NCBI GenBank assembly: GCA_963664325.2
Contig: CAXXDQ010000004.1
Location: 672,001-736,000 of the forward strand
Length of the DNA stretch: 64,000 nucleotides
Direction: 5' to 3'
Origin: Desulfomonilia bacterium
GTDB lineage: Bacteria > Desulfobacterota > Desulfomonilia > UBA1062
In this document: piece after piece, positions 49,226-60,109 of the stretch
Numbering within the stretch: position 1 is the first letter of the stretch
How the letters are laid out: every line of letters starts with the position of its first letter
Translations under genes and position numbers: made by a program
Notes under the pieces: model-generated
Databases searched by the model: none
What the model saw: only the letters and a program-made list of their open reading frames with translations
What the model was told of the DNA's origin: nothing

Positions 49226-50113
49226 TCATTGTTTGCCGGGTGAATTCTCTAAGTGCAGCCTTCCTGTATTTTTCAAATATTCCTGAAGTGCAATCTGCCA
49301 CGGCGGCATGATTTTACCTGTTGTCTGGGTGAACTTTTTTGTCGAGAGGATACTCTTTGCAGGACGTCTTGCGGGACGGGGAAATTCATCCGTTGACACT
49401 GGATTGACTGTTGCTGAAACCATGCTTAGCTTAACAGCCTTTTGGGCAAGCTCAAACCATGAGGCCTTTCCCCTGTTGCATACATGGAATATGCCTCTGG
49501 CATTATTTTCAATGAGAAGCCTTACCGCTTTTGACAGGTCTTTCGAATATGTGGGAGAGCCGAACTGGTCATTCACGACATTTATACTTCCGCGTACTGC
49601 TGCAAGCTTTAAGATTGTATCGACAAAATTCGGCCCGTTTGTTCCGAAAAGCCACTGCGTTCTTATAATGCAGAATTCCTTCATGTTCCTTTTGATAGCC
49701 TGTTCACCCATGAGCTTTCCCCTGCCATATGCATTGATGGGGTTTACAGGATCATCCTCGCTGTATGGACTTTCTTTTAAGCCGTCAAAGACATAGTCGG
49801 TGCTGATATGCATAAGTTTTATCCCGAGGCGGCTGCATTCAGCAGCGAGATACCCGGGTGCAGTTCCGTTCAGAAGAGTTGCCGCTTTCTCGTCGGTCTC
49901 ACAGGCATCGACCTTTGTGTACGCGGCACAATTGATGACCCAGTCAGGCATCTTTTCTTCCAGGACGTTCTTTATTGACCGGGGACTGGTGATGTCCAGC
50001 ATGGTTTTATCCGGTGATATGTCCGATTGAACAACATCATGTCCGGCGGCGGTCAGTTCATTACACAAATCGCTGCCAAGCATACCCGCGGAGCCTGTGA
50101 CGAGGATCTTCAT
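49226..50113 (-). CDS. rfbD: dTDP-4-dehydrorhamnose reductase
   Basis: GSAGMLG, NCAAYT.VD, ISTDYVFDG, YG.GK and DQFGSPT. Confidence 0.96.
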   Translation of the reverse strand: MKILVTGSAGMLGSDLCNELTAAGHDVVQSDISPDKTMLDITSPRSIKNVLEEKMPDWVINCAAYTKVDACETDEKAATLLNGTAPGYLAAECSRLGIKLMHISTDYVFDGLKESPYSEDDPVNPINAYGRGKLMGEQAIKRNMKEFCIIRTQWLFGTNGPNFVDTILKLAAVRGSINVVNDQFGSPTYSKDLSKAVRLLIENNARGIFHVCNRGKASWFELAQKAVKLSMVSATVNPVSTDEFPRPARRPAKSILSTKKFTQTTGKIMPPWQIALQEYLKNTGRLHLENSPGKQ

Positions 50114-51129
50114 CTGTTGGCGTACATCCTGTCATAATAATTAAGATAATCCCCTGTACGTATCCTTTCCCACCAGGATCTGTTTGCAATGTACCAGTCT
50201 ATGGTGGAAGATATGCCTTTTTCAAACGTCATCAAGGGCCGCCAGCCCAGTTCCTTCTCAATTTTTGAAAAATCCATAGCATACCGGAAATCGTGGCCCG
50301 GCCTGTCCTTGACATATTTTATAAGGCTTTCAGGCTTGTTCATATACCCAAGGATCAGCTTTACGATCTCAATATTCATTTTTTCGGCATTTCCACCCAT
50401 ATTGTACGCCTGACCAGTTCTTCCTTTAAGGGCTACTGTAAGGATCCCCCTGGCGTGGTCAGTGACATGAATCCAGTCGCGTATGTTCCTGCCGTCACCG
50501 TAGACGGGCAGCTCCTTATCTTCCAGAGCATTGGCGATCATCAGAGGAATAAGCTTTTCAGGAAACTGGTAGGCCCCGTAATTGTTCGAACACCTTGTTA
50601 TTACTGCATCGAGACCGAAAGTCTTTATGTATGCCCTTACCAGAAGGTCTGCTGATGCCTTTGATGCCGAGTACGGGCTGTTGGGCCTGAGCGGAAGGTC
50701 TTCAGTGAATGCGCCTGTAGCCCCGAGCGACCCGTAGACTTCATCGGTTGATACATGCAGAAAGCGGCTTACTTTATGCTTTTGCGCAGCATCAAGCAGA
50801 ACCTGTGTTCCCATGATGTTTGTACGTATGAATACGCCCGCGGCCTCTATGCTCCTGTCCACATGGGATTCCGCCGCAAGGTTGAGAATCAGGTCGAATT
50901 TGTTTTCTTCAAAGACCTCGTTTACTTTTGCGGCATCGGAAATGTCGCCCCTGATGAATTTATATCTGGAAGGATAGCGCACCTCGAGGTCTGAAGTGTT
51001 TTCAAGGTTGCCTGCATAGGTAAGGAGATCATAGTTGAAGATAGAATACTCGGGCACATCAGAAAGTATATATCGAATAAGATTTGTTCCGATAAAACCG
51101 CAGCCTCCTGTGATCAGAACTTTTGCCAT
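50110..51129 (-). CDS. rfbB: dTDP-glucose 4,6-dehydratase
   Basis: GGCGFIG, AAESHVDRS, STDEVYG, YSASK and DRPGHD.RY. Confidence 0.97.
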   Translation of the reverse strand: MAKVLITGGCGFIGTNLIRYILSDVPEYSIFNYDLLTYAGNLENTSDLEVRYPSRYKFIRGDISDAAKVNEVFEENKFDLILNLAAESHVDRSIEAAGVFIRTNIMGTQVLLDAAQKHKVSRFLHVSTDEVYGSLGATGAFTEDLPLRPNSPYSASKASADLLVRAYIKTFGLDAVITRCSNNYGAYQFPEKLIPLMIANALEDKELPVYGDGRNIRDWIHVTDHARGILTVALKGRTGQAYNMGGNAEKMNIEIVKLILGYMNKPESLIKYVKDRPGHDFRYAMDFSKIEKELGWRPLMTFEKGISSTIDWYIANRSWWERIRTGDYLNYYDRMYANR

Positions 51130-51140
51130 TATTTTCTCTC

Positions 51141-51887
51141 CTAATATTCCACGCTAACAAGGTAAAGACCCTGCGGCGGTGCCGTAGGGCCGGCCTCGGC
51201 GCGGTTTCTTGAATCAATTATTCTTTTAATGTCAGAAAAATCAGTCTTTCCTTTGCCGACCTCAAGCAATGTCCCGACTATATTTCTTACCATATGCCTT
51301 AAAAATCCGTTACCTTTTATTGCATAGTATAACATATCACCGCTTATAAATATTTCCGATTCCTTGATATTTCTTACAGTTGATTTAACCGGTGTGCCAA
51401 CGCCCATGAATGATGCAAAGTCATGCTCTCCTAAAAATAATTGTGCCGCACTTTCCATGGCCTTAATATCAAGTTGGTGTTTCATATGCAGTGCATACCT
51501 GGAAAGTAGCGGATTCTTAACAGGAGACATGTTAACTGCATATATATAAGTTTTTGATCTTGCAGAGTACCGGGGGTGAAAATCAAGTCCAGCTTCTTGA
51601 ACAGATATAACCGAGACATCCGCCGGCAGCATTGAGTTGGCAGCTCTTAAGAGGGCATCTTCCGGTATCATTGATTCCGTTAAGAATGTTGCTACCTGTC
51701 CGAATGCATGAACACCGGCATCGGTTCTTCCTGCCGCAAGAATTCTCGTCTTATTTTTCAGTATTGTATCAAGGGTACGCTCAATTGTATCCTGTACGGT
51801 GCGGAGTCCGGGCTGAACCTGCCATCCGGAAAATTCCGAACCGTCGTAAGAAAGAACAAGTTTGATATTTCTTGCCAAATCCATCAT
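51141..51887 (-). CDS. truA: tRNA pseudouridine(38-40) synthase
   Basis: YDGS.FSGWQ, GRTDAGVHA, G.HDF.SF and GFL.HMVR. Confidence 0.96.
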   Translation of the reverse strand: MMDLARNIKLVLSYDGSEFSGWQVQPGLRTVQDTIERTLDTILKNKTRILAAGRTDAGVHAFGQVATFLTESMIPEDALLRAANSMLPADVSVISVQEAGLDFHPRYSARSKTYIYAVNMSPVKNPLLSRYALHMKHQLDIKAMESAAQLFLGEHDFASFMGVGTPVKSTVRNIKESEIFISGDMLYYAIKGNGFLRHMVRNIVGTLLEVGKGKTDFSDIKRIIDSRNRAEAGPTAPPQGLYLVSVEY

Positions 51888-51937
51888 GCTTCCTTATCAA
51901 TATAATATTGCCGATTCAAGGTCCAAGGAGGAATGAT

Positions 51938-52270
51938 ATGATAGGTTTTGACAGGAGGACTTTTCAGCGCATTATGGTCTCTGTTGAGTTGAAAATAGTC
52001 ATTGGCACCGACTTTGTTTCAGGCATTACCAGAGATGTTTCAAAAAAAGGGTTCTGTGTTGCTATACCTACGGCCAGACTGAAAAGCGGTATGCTCGACA
52101 AACTCGAGGAAAAGGTCGTTATATATCTGGGGGAGTCTATACTTTATGGCCTAGTAAGATGGTATGATGTTGAAAACGGTTTTTTCAAGATAGGGATAAA
52201 ACTGGATAAGGGTTCCCGAGGAAAGTGGTGGGATATAGTTGGGCCGGCAGCTGAGGCGCAAATAGCTTGA
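51938..52270 (+). CDS. PilZ-domain protein
   Basis: RBS AAGGAGG; RRTFQR (RxxxR) and DVSKKG (DxSxxG). Confidence 0.82.
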   Translation: MIGFDRRTFQRIMVSVELKIVIGTDFVSGITRDVSKKGFCVAIPTARLKSGMLDKLEEKVVIYLGESILYGLVRWYDVENGFFKIGIKLDKGSRGKWWDIVGPAAEAQIA

Positions 52271-52310
52271 GCCTGAATGTTTTCAAGCAGTTAGTTGAAG
52301 GAATTCCTTA

Positions 52311-52339
52311 TTGACAGCATGTCCTTTTATTTGTATGAG
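52311..52339 (+). promoter_or_regulatory. sigma70-type promoter for tRNA-Leu/rpmB
   Basis: TTGACA-N17-TATGAG. Confidence 0.55.
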
Positions 52340-52349
52340 GTCTCGATAC

Positions 52350-52435
52350 GCCGAAGTGGTGGAACTGGCAGACACGCTATCTTGAGGGGGTAGTGGGCGA
52401 CGCTCGTCCGGGTTCAAGTCCCGGCTTCGGCACCA
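52350..52435 (+). tRNA. tRNA-Leu(GAG)
   Basis: Acceptor stem GCCGAAG/CTTCGGC, loop TTGAGGG, long variable arm, T-loop TTCAAGT, and ACCA end. Confidence 0.95.
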
Positions 52436-52464
52436 TTTGCCTAAAAAAATAAGGGAGCGACATT

Positions 52465-52659
52465 ATGGCCAGGGTATGCGAGGTATGCGGCAAGGGATCA
52501 CAGACAGGTAACAATGTGAGCCATGCCAACAACAAAACGAAAAAATTATGGTTGCCCAACCTTCAGAAGGTTAGGGTTGAAACTGAAAAAGGCGTAAAAA
52601 GCCTTAAAGTTTGCACTCAGTGCATAAAATCAGGCAAAATCAAAAAGCGCGCAGCCTGA
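52465..52659 (+). CDS. rpmB: 50S ribosomal protein L28 (Zn-binding form)
   Basis: [10 protein letters not shown]...GNNVSHA...PNLQ...CTQC. Confidence 0.97.
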   Translation: MARVCEVCGKGSQTGNNVSHANNKTKKLWLPNLQKVRVETEKGVKSLKVCTQCIKSGKIKKRAA

Positions 52660-52697
52660 AAAAGATCTTAAGAGAACCGTCAAAGGCCTCTGGCCAA

Positions 52698-54821
52698 TCA
52701 GGTCAGAGGCCTTTCTATTTTTTCCACTCCGCTTAACTTTCTAATTTTAGTGAACAGAGTTTCGAGTTCCGACAGGTTCTTTATCATTATCCTGAAAACG
52801 CAGACGCTGCTTCCGTTGGCTAGAGAAGTTGCCTTCAGTTTTGAGATATTGATGTCTTGGCTTCCCAAAATGGTGGTAATGGAATTCAGCATGCCGGGTC
52901 TGTCATCGCATACGACTGAGAAATCTATTTCATGGGTTTCAAGGGTGTCGGTCTCCCATTCGACCGGGACGAGTCTGCCGGGGTCCTCGGCTGCAACATA
53001 CGGACAGTTTGTTCTGTGGACCGTTATTCCACGGCCTCTTGTAATAAAACCAACAATATCATCACCGGGGATGGGCTTACAGCACCTTGCATATCTTACC
53101 AGTAGGTCTTCTACACCTCTGACGATTATACCTGAACCCTCCTGCCGTTTCTTCTGCGGTTGCTGTATCTTCGGCTGATCTATCTGGTCCTTGGGCGCAT
53201 CAGGTTCGATCTTGTGGATTACCTGAACAACACTCATCCTGCCGAAGCCGATGGCAGCAAAGAAATCATCTTCATTCTTATATGAAAAATCTCGGGCAAG
53301 GTCACCGTAATCTATATCCTTTCGGATGTGCAGGCTTTTGAGCTTCTTTTCAAGGATTTCCCTTCCGAGAGCAATACTCTGTTCGGTTTCCTGTGCCCTG
53401 AGCCATGACCTTATTTTTGTGGTCGCACGGGATGTTACTGCTATCCTCAGCCAGTCCTTGCTGGGGTGCTGTTTGGATGACCTCATAATTTCCAGGACAT
53501 CTCCGCTTTTAAGCTTGTACTTGAGCGGTACGATCTGTCCGTTCACCTTTGCTCCGGTACATTGATTTCCTAACTCGGTATGTATTGAATAGGCAAAATC
53601 CAGCGGTGTTGATCCAGAAGGGAACCGGTGAACATCACCTTTCGGAGTGAATACGTACACCTCTTCAGGATACAGGTCGACTTTTACGCTTTCAAGAAAC
53701 TCCCTTGGATCGTGCAGCTCTTTTTGCCATTCAAGCAGGCGCCTCAGCCAGGTGAATTTTTTCCCGTCCTGGTCGGTCAGTCCCGTACTGTCCTTGTACT
53801 GCCAGTGTGCAGCAATACCCTCGTTCGCTATGCGGTCCATTTCATGGGTTCTTATCTGGAATTCTATCCTTTCCCCAACCGGACCGAAGACCGTCGTATG
53901 GAGAGACTGGTACATGTTGGTTTTGGGCATCGCGATAAAATCCTTGATCCTGGATTGTATGGGTTTCCAGAGGGAATGAATGATTCCGAGAACCTCGTAA
54001 CATTCAGCAACCGTATCAACAATGATCCTGATCCCAAGTATATCATAGACGCCTTCAAACGGTATGCCCTGTTTCTTTAATTTCTGATAGACGCTGTATA
54101 GGTGTTTTATCCTGCCATGGACCTCAGCTTTCAGACCCTGTTCTTCAATCTTTGCACTAACCCTTTTCATTATATCGCCGAGGTAGCTCTCTTTTTCCTT
54201 TGCAACAGATGTAAGTTTTGATTTGACTGTATTGTAACCGATAGGATCGAGATATTTTATGCTGAGCTCTTCAAGCTCAATCTGCATCCAATGTATTCCA
54301 AGACGGTTGGAAAGCGGGGCATAGATGTCAAGCGTTTCCCTGGCTATTCTCTGCTGGGCCTGCGGATTGTGGTATTCAAGGGTCCTCATATTATGAAGCC
54401 GGTCAGCCAGTTTTATCAGAAGGATTCTCAGATCCTTGCTTACTGCCAATAGCATCTTTCTGAAATTCTCGGCTTGCTGTTCCTCTCGTGAGTGGAAATG
54501 TATCTTGCTTATCTTTGTAAGTCCGTCAACGATGACAGCAACCTCGCTGCCAAATGTATTTTCAATGTCATCCACTGTCGTAAGGCTGTCTTCAATCGTA
54601 TCATGCAAAAGAGCCGCAGCAACAGCTACTGCCCCAAGATGCAACCCGGCCGTTATTAATGATACTTCAAGTGGATGATTCAGATAGGGTTCTCCGCTCA
54701 GCCGCATCTGGCCTTGGTGGAGACGTGCGGAAAAAACATAAGCCTTCTCCACAAGGCGAAGGTCAGCCTCAGGCTCGCTGCTGGTGAGCGCATCAAGAAT
54801 ATCGTTAATTCTTACTGTCAA
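52698..54821 (-). CDS. rel: bifunctional (p)ppGpp synthetase/hydrolase Rel
   Basis: Intact HD (LLHDTIED), RIKD, YQSLHT, and TGS, ZFD (ARCCKP) and ACT domains. Confidence 0.96.
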   Translation of the reverse strand: MTVRINDILDALTSSEPEADLRLVEKAYVFSARLHQGQMRLSGEPYLNHPLEVSLITAGLHLGAVAVAAALLHDTIEDSLTTVDDIENTFGSEVAVIVDGLTKISKIHFHSREEQQAENFRKMLLAVSKDLRILLIKLADRLHNMRTLEYHNPQAQQRIARETLDIYAPLSNRLGIHWMQIELEELSIKYLDPIGYNTVKSKLTSVAKEKESYLGDIMKRVSAKIEEQGLKAEVHGRIKHLYSVYQKLKKQGIPFEGVYDILGIRIIVDTVAECYEVLGIIHSLWKPIQSRIKDFIAMPKTNMYQSLHTTVFGPVGERIEFQIRTHEMDRIANEGIAAHWQYKDSTGLTDQDGKKFTWLRRLLEWQKELHDPREFLESVKVDLYPEEVYVFTPKGDVHRFPSGSTPLDFAYSIHTELGNQCTGAKVNGQIVPLKYKLKSGDVLEIMRSSKQHPSKDWLRIAVTSRATTKIRSWLRAQETEQSIALGREILEKKLKSLHIRKDIDYGDLARDFSYKNEDDFFAAIGFGRMSVVQVIHKIEPDAPKDQIDQPKIQQPQKKRQEGSGIIVRGVEDLLVRYARCCKPIPGDDIVGFITRGRGITVHRTNCPYVAAEDPGRLVPVEWETDTLETHEIDFSVVCDDRPGMLNSITTILGSQDINISKLKATSLANGSSVCVFRIMIKNLSELETLFTKIRKLSGVEKIERPLT

Positions 54822-56535
54822 TAATGATTCCTTTTCCTTTAAGCATATCGGTTATTGTTTTCAGGGCATCGGCCGGGCATATTTTTGTAACATTGCCGGT
54901 TGCCCTTTCCCTTATCTCAATGAGACCTTCGGCAAGGCCTTTTGAGCCGATTGTAATCCGGTACGGAACACCGATGAGATCGGCATCCTTGAATTTGAAT
55001 CCAGGCCTTAAATCCCTGTCGTCAATGAGCACATCAAGGCCTGTTTTTTTAAGTTCCATATATATATTGTTAGCTGTTGAGGCTACTTCTTCGTTTCTTG
55101 AATCAAGGGGCAGGACTATTACTGCGAAGGGTGCGATAGGCAAAGGGAATATGATGCCGTCACCATCATGGTTCTGTTCAATTGCGGCAGCCACTACCCT
55201 GCTTACCCCTATTCCGTAGCAGCCCATGATCATGGGTTTCAGTTCACCTTTTTCATCAAGAAAATCGGCATGCATTGTCTTTGAATATTTTGTCCCCAGC
55301 TTGAAGACATGACCGACCTCTATACCGCGGATGGCCTCCAGCTTTCCCGGGCATCTTGGACAATCGTCGCCGGGCAGCGCGTTCCTTATGTCATCCGACT
55401 TTTCTATCCTGGTATCACGGGAGAGCCATACATCCTTTACATGGTAGTCCTGTTCATTGGCTCCTGTGACATATGGTCCGTCATCAAGGGAGATATCTCT
55501 TACTATCCTTATATTAAGCCCGACTGGGCCGGCAAATCCCCTTGGAGCGCCGGTTGCCTTCGCGATCATCTCTTCGTCGGCAAGTTCAAGGCTTTCCACC
55601 CCAAGTGAACGTCTGAGCTTTGCTTCGTTTACCTCATGATCCCCCCTGATCAACGCAGCGACAATACCTTTATCTGTATTGTAAATCATGGTTTTGACAA
55701 GAGAAGACGGCTCTATACCCAGGAATTCACAGACTTCCTCGACGGTCCTTATATCCGGAGTATGCACTTTCTCGGGAGAACCCCCCGTGGCTTTGACTGG
55801 TAATGCCTTTTCCTGTTTTCTTATCTCGGCTTTTTCCACATTTGCCGCATAGTTGCATTCGCTGCAGCTCAGGATAAGGTCCTCGCCGGTGTCGGCAAGG
55901 ACCATGAACTCATGGGAAAAGTTGCCGCCAATAGGTCCCGAGTCTGCTTCGACTGCTTTAAACCTGAGGCCGCATCTTTCAAATATCTTTTCATAGGCTC
56001 TGTATTGAGCCTCGTAACTTTTTTCCGCACTCTCGTCATCCTTATCGAAAGAATATGCGTCCTTCATCATAAATTCTCGGGCGCGCATGACACCGAAACG
56101 AGGTCGTATCTCATCCCTGAACTTTGCCTGTATCTGGTAGAGCGTCACAGGCAAATCCTTGTAGGAATTCAGTTCCGACCTGACCATATCCGTAATCACT
56201 TCCTCGTGAGTCGGTCCGAGGCAGAAATCAGCGTTTTTCCTGTCCTTGAACCTTAAAAGTTCCTTGCCGTAAACGTTCCAACGGCCGCTTTCCTGCCATA
56301 TTTCGCAGGGCTGGACACCAGGCATGAGGACCTCTTGAGCACCGGAGGCATTCATTTCCTCTCGTATTATTTTCTCGACCTTTTTAAGCGCCAGAAGGCC
56401 ATAGGGCAGCCAGGAATAAATGCCGCTTGCCAGCTTTTTTATCATGCCTGCCCTGAGCATCAGCCTGTGGCTTGCGACCTCGGCGTCTCTCGGGTCTTCT
56501 TTCATTGTCTTTAAAAACATTACTGAAAACTTCAT
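54805..56535 (-). CDS. proS: proline--tRNA ligase
   Basis: LGPTHEE, KFRDE.RPRFG, GIEVGH.F.LG.KYS and MGCYGIG. Confidence 0.97.
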   Translation of the reverse strand: MKFSVMFLKTMKEDPRDAEVASHRLMLRAGMIKKLASGIYSWLPYGLLALKKVEKIIREEMNASGAQEVLMPGVQPCEIWQESGRWNVYGKELLRFKDRKNADFCLGPTHEEVITDMVRSELNSYKDLPVTLYQIQAKFRDEIRPRFGVMRAREFMMKDAYSFDKDDESAEKSYEAQYRAYEKIFERCGLRFKAVEADSGPIGGNFSHEFMVLADTGEDLILSCSECNYAANVEKAEIRKQEKALPVKATGGSPEKVHTPDIRTVEEVCEFLGIEPSSLVKTMIYNTDKGIVAALIRGDHEVNEAKLRRSLGVESLELADEEMIAKATGAPRGFAGPVGLNIRIVRDISLDDGPYVTGANEQDYHVKDVWLSRDTRIEKSDDIRNALPGDDCPRCPGKLEAIRGIEVGHVFKLGTKYSKTMHADFLDEKGELKPMIMGCYGIGVSRVVAAAIEQNHDGDGIIFPLPIAPFAVIVLPLDSRNEEVASTANNIYMELKKTGLDVLIDDRDLRPGFKFKDADLIGVPYRITIGSKGLAEGLIEIRERATGNVTKICPADALKTITDMLKGKGIIIDSKN

Positions 56536-57596
56536 TCTTTGCACTCCTTTTCGATCTCGTCGGTAATTGTTTTGACTATTTCGTTACGGTTAATCCTTTT
56601 AACGGGTTTTCCGCGCATGAAAAGCATAGCCCCTTTCTTGTCGCATGCAACTCCTATATCCGCATCCCTGGCTTCTCCGGGGCCGTTCACAATACAGCCC
56701 ATGACTGCAACAACCAGGTGCCGCTTTATTCCGGAAAGGCACTCTTCAAGCGTGGATGCAATCAAGGCTACATCTGCATTTGCCCTTGCACATGTCGGAC
56801 AGGAAATGACCCTGACGCCTTCTTTTTTCAGACCGAGACACTCAAGAAGAACCCTGCCTGCCACTATTTCCTTTACAGGGTCTGCCGAAAGAGAGATGCG
56901 GATCGTGTCCCCAATGCCCTCTTCAAGGAGTATGCCGATCCCGGCAGCGCTCCTTATTGCGCCGGAAAACATGGTGCCTGACTCGGTAACTCCAATGTGC
57001 AGAGGCCTGTCGGAAATTCTGGAAAAACGCCTGTATGCCTCAACCGTTTCGAGTACATCGGAGGATTTCAAGGACACCTTGATAGCATCAAGTCCGAAAT
57101 CCTCAAGTACCATAACCTGCTCATGAGCTGTCTCAACAAGGGCGCCAACCCTGTCCTTACCGAATCTGTTCAATACGGCCCTTTTTATCGAACCGGTGTT
57201 TACCCCGACCCGTATGGGGATATTATGGTCTAATGCAGCTTTTGCAACTTGTCTGACTTTGTCCCTTGAGCCTATGTTACCCGGGTTTATTCTTATGCAG
57301 TCGGCCCCTGCAACAATAGCACCTACAGCAAGGCGATAGTCGAAATGGATGTCTGCAACAAGGGGAATACCTGCATTTTTCTTAATTTCGGCAAAAGCCG
57401 ACAGGGATTCTTCATCAGGGATGCTGATCCTGGCAATATCACACCCTGCCTTCTCAAGGGCTGCAACCTGTGCGCACGTAGCCTTGATGTCGGTTGTCAG
57501 GGTATTGGTCATAGACTGAATGGATACAGGAGCACCGCCTCCGACCTGTACCCCCCCAACAATAATTCTTCGGGTTTTTTCGCGGGGTAGAGTCAT
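56532..57596 (-). CDS. ispG: HMBPP synthase
   Basis: QSMTNT, ADIHF, RINPGN, GIGDTIR.SL, CPTC and MGC.VNGPGE. Confidence 0.97.
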   Translation of the reverse strand: MTLPREKTRRIIVGGVQVGGGAPVSIQSMTNTLTTDIKATCAQVAALEKAGCDIARISIPDEESLSAFAEIKKNAGIPLVADIHFDYRLAVGAIVAGADCIRINPGNIGSRDKVRQVAKAALDHNIPIRVGVNTGSIKRAVLNRFGKDRVGALVETAHEQVMVLEDFGLDAIKVSLKSSDVLETVEAYRRFSRISDRPLHIGVTESGTMFSGAIRSAAGIGILLEEGIGDTIRISLSADPVKEIVAGRVLLECLGLKKEGVRVISCPTCARANADVALIASTLEECLSGIKRHLVVAVMGCIVNGPGEARDADIGVACDKKGAMLFMRGKPVKRINRNEIVKTITDEIEKECKE

Positions 57597-57665
57597 CTCA
57601 GGCAGAATAACACAGACTCAACTTATCACTCAAGTTTATTGCTTGTTTTTTCGATAAGAAAATCA

Positions 57666-59438
57666 ATGCTGAAACTCACGCCTGCAAATATCGACAGGAT
57701 ACTTGACGATATTGAGATACCGACTCTGCCATCGATTGCATCCGCGATAATGGAAAGAACTCTCGACGACTGGGCTAATGCAAAAAATCTTACAAACATG
57801 GTTGAAAAGGACACCGCCTTGGCTGCGAAAGTCCTGAAGGTAGCCAATTCGCCTTTTTATCATCGCATCAAGGAGGTCTCCACGATCAGGAGCGCTGTCG
57901 TCCTTCTCGGTATGAATATTCTCAGAAGTATTGTTCTCAGCATTTCGGTGGTGAACCTGTTCAACGGCCATAAAAAAAATGCCATAGACCTTTACAGATT
58001 CTGGCAGCACAGCATATCAAGCGCTGTCTGCGCAAGAATGATTGCCGCAAAGACCCTTCCAGACTGCGAGGAGGATGCCTTTGCGGCAGGCCTTCTGCAT
58101 GACATAGGCAAGGTCGTGTTGGATCAGAACATATGTCTGAATGGTGAATACCAGGAAGTAATCGAGAACGTAAATTCAGGTACAACCGACATCATAAGGT
58201 TTGAAACCGGACTAATCGGGATAAACCATGCGGAACTAGGTAAAAAGCTTATTGAAAAATGGAACCTTCCGAAACTCCTGTGTGATGCTGTCGGCGCCCA
58301 TCATGAACAGCCCGAAGTTGACATGCTTGATGCCAGGGATGAGATGCTTTGCGCAATAGTAAATATAGCCGACAAAATCACCAACCACCTCGGACTTGGT
58401 ATAGGCAGGCGCTCTGCGGACTTTATCGACCCGGCGGTTTTGGCCAAGGCCGGCCTCGGGAACAAGGAACTGCAGGAGATATCTCTTTCATTGAAAGACA
58501 ATGTAACTGCAATCAGCGATGAGCTCGGCATACCGAAGATTGAACCAAAAACCTACTTTGAAATACTTCAAGCGGCCAACACGCATCTTGGCAGGATGAG
58601 CCTGGACCTGGAGCAGAAGAAGCTAGCACTCGAAAGAAGGACAATTGAGCTTACCGGTCTTAACAGGATGTCCAGCCTGTTGCAGTCATCCATGAAACTC
58701 TCGGAAATTACTGAAATACTTACCTCGAATACGCTGTCGATAATGGGGTCTTTCAATGTAAGGTGCCTGATCAGGCTTTCAGGCATGAGAGTCCTATTTA
58801 CCGAGAGCACCATAGACAAAGGAAACATCACTACACGCTCAGGTATAACAAATGCGACAAAGGAGATACTTGACAGGACCCAGGGAATATATCCGAAAAC
58901 GGGTGGTGTAATACATGCCCCTGTAAAGGTTGAAAACAGTATAATAGGAGTGATTGAATCTACGCCGATTGAAGACCAGCATGAAGACATAACGGAGAAA
59001 ACCCTTCTTTTAAGAACCATCGCAGAGGTGGGAGGACATGCAATTGAAAGGGCTACCCTTGTCACCAAAAATCTTAAAGCCGAGAGACTGGCCGCAGTAT
59101 CAAAAACCGCAATTGCCGCTAACCATGAGATAAACAGTCCGCTTACAACCATCCTTCTTAAGCTTGAGATGCTGCTGAGGGACAAAACAATAAAAACAGA
59201 CAATTATGTGATAATCAAAGAAATTAAAAATGAGGCTTCCAAGATAACTGATCTGGTAAAAAGGATGCTTGAAATATCGGATGTTGTCGAAACCGACTAT
59301 TTAAAACAAGGCGGCAAAACCGAAAAAATGCTTGATATGAAAACGTCTGCAAAAAAACCTGAACCCGTATCAGAAAAAAAATCCGAACCAGAAAAACCCG
59401 ATAATGACATACCTGGTTTTGAAGAATACCTGGAGTGA
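57666..59438 (+). CDS. HDOD-domain protein with GAF-like region and C-terminal HisKA (no ATPase domain)
   Basis: LP.LP, ANSPFY, FWQHS, GLLHDIGK and W.LP. H-box NHEINSPL is followed by a short tail. Confidence 0.85.
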   Translation: MLKLTPANIDRILDDIEIPTLPSIASAIMERTLDDWANAKNLTNMVEKDTALAAKVLKVANSPFYHRIKEVSTIRSAVVLLGMNILRSIVLSISVVNLFNGHKKNAIDLYRFWQHSISSAVCARMIAAKTLPDCEEDAFAAGLLHDIGKVVLDQNICLNGEYQEVIENVNSGTTDIIRFETGLIGINHAELGKKLIEKWNLPKLLCDAVGAHHEQPEVDMLDARDEMLCAIVNIADKITNHLGLGIGRRSADFIDPAVLAKAGLGNKELQEISLSLKDNVTAISDELGIPKIEPKTYFEILQAANTHLGRMSLDLEQKKLALERRTIELTGLNRMSSLLQSSMKLSEITEILTSNTLSIMGSFNVRCLIRLSGMRVLFTESTIDKGNITTRSGITNATKEILDRTQGIYPKTGGVIHAPVKVENSIIGVIESTPIEDQHEDITEKTLLLRTIAEVGGHAIERATLVTKNLKAERLAAVSKTAIAANHEINSPLTTILLKLEMLLRDKTIKTDNYVIIKEIKNEASKITDLVKRMLEISDVVETDYLKQGGKTEKMLDMKTSAKKPEPVSEKKSEPEKPDNDIPGFEEYLE

Positions 59439-59443
59439 CAAAT

Positions 59444-59767
59444 ATGAGCTGGATATTTCTTGTGGGGGCCATATTTTTTGAGGTTGCAGGAACCACTTTC
59501 TTAAAACTTTCAAACGGTTTTTCAAGACTGTTGCCTGTTGTTTTCATGTTTCTATTTTATGTTGCAAGCCTCTCGCTGCTTTCTCTGGCGCTCAAGAAAA
59601 TAGAGGTTGGGATAGCGTATGCCATATGGTCCGGGGTGGGGACTGCAACGATTACCCTGATTGGCGTGGTATTTTTCAGCGAAAGCATGAGCATTCTCAA
59701 AATAGGCGGGATAATTCTTGTAATTGCCGGGGTAACGATTCTCAATCTTGCAGGAAGCCCACACTGA
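59444..59767 (+). CDS. SMR/DMT family small multidrug efflux protein
   Basis: W..L.GAI..EV.GT..LK.S.GF and AYAIWSG.G. Confidence 0.93.
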   Translation: MSWIFLVGAIFFEVAGTTFLKLSNGFSRLLPVVFMFLFYVASLSLLSLALKKIEVGIAYAIWSGVGTATITLIGVVFFSESMSILKIGGIILVIAGVTILNLAGSPH

Positions 59768-60109
59768 AAAGCATATCAAAACCTGTAAACAGCCTGACCA
59801 GGCTTACCCACGGGGCGCCTGGTTGCTTTTATGTAGAAGGTTTTTTCTGTTTCCTAAACCTTCGTCTGATAAATAATCTATCGACAAAATGGAGTTTTAC
59901 TTTAGGGGTTCTTTTTAAAATATTTTTTTACGTAGTCGGAAACTGGATGGGTACCGGAACACATAACCATGCCTGATAGAGGGCATTATGAAATTTATGT
60001 TTTCTTAAAACTCTGAGAAAATAAAAGGACCTCAATATTACGGTAATGAGGTTATTAAAACTGAAAAAAATAAACATCGTTCTTAATTAATTTCCCATTA
60101 CCTTTGTTT

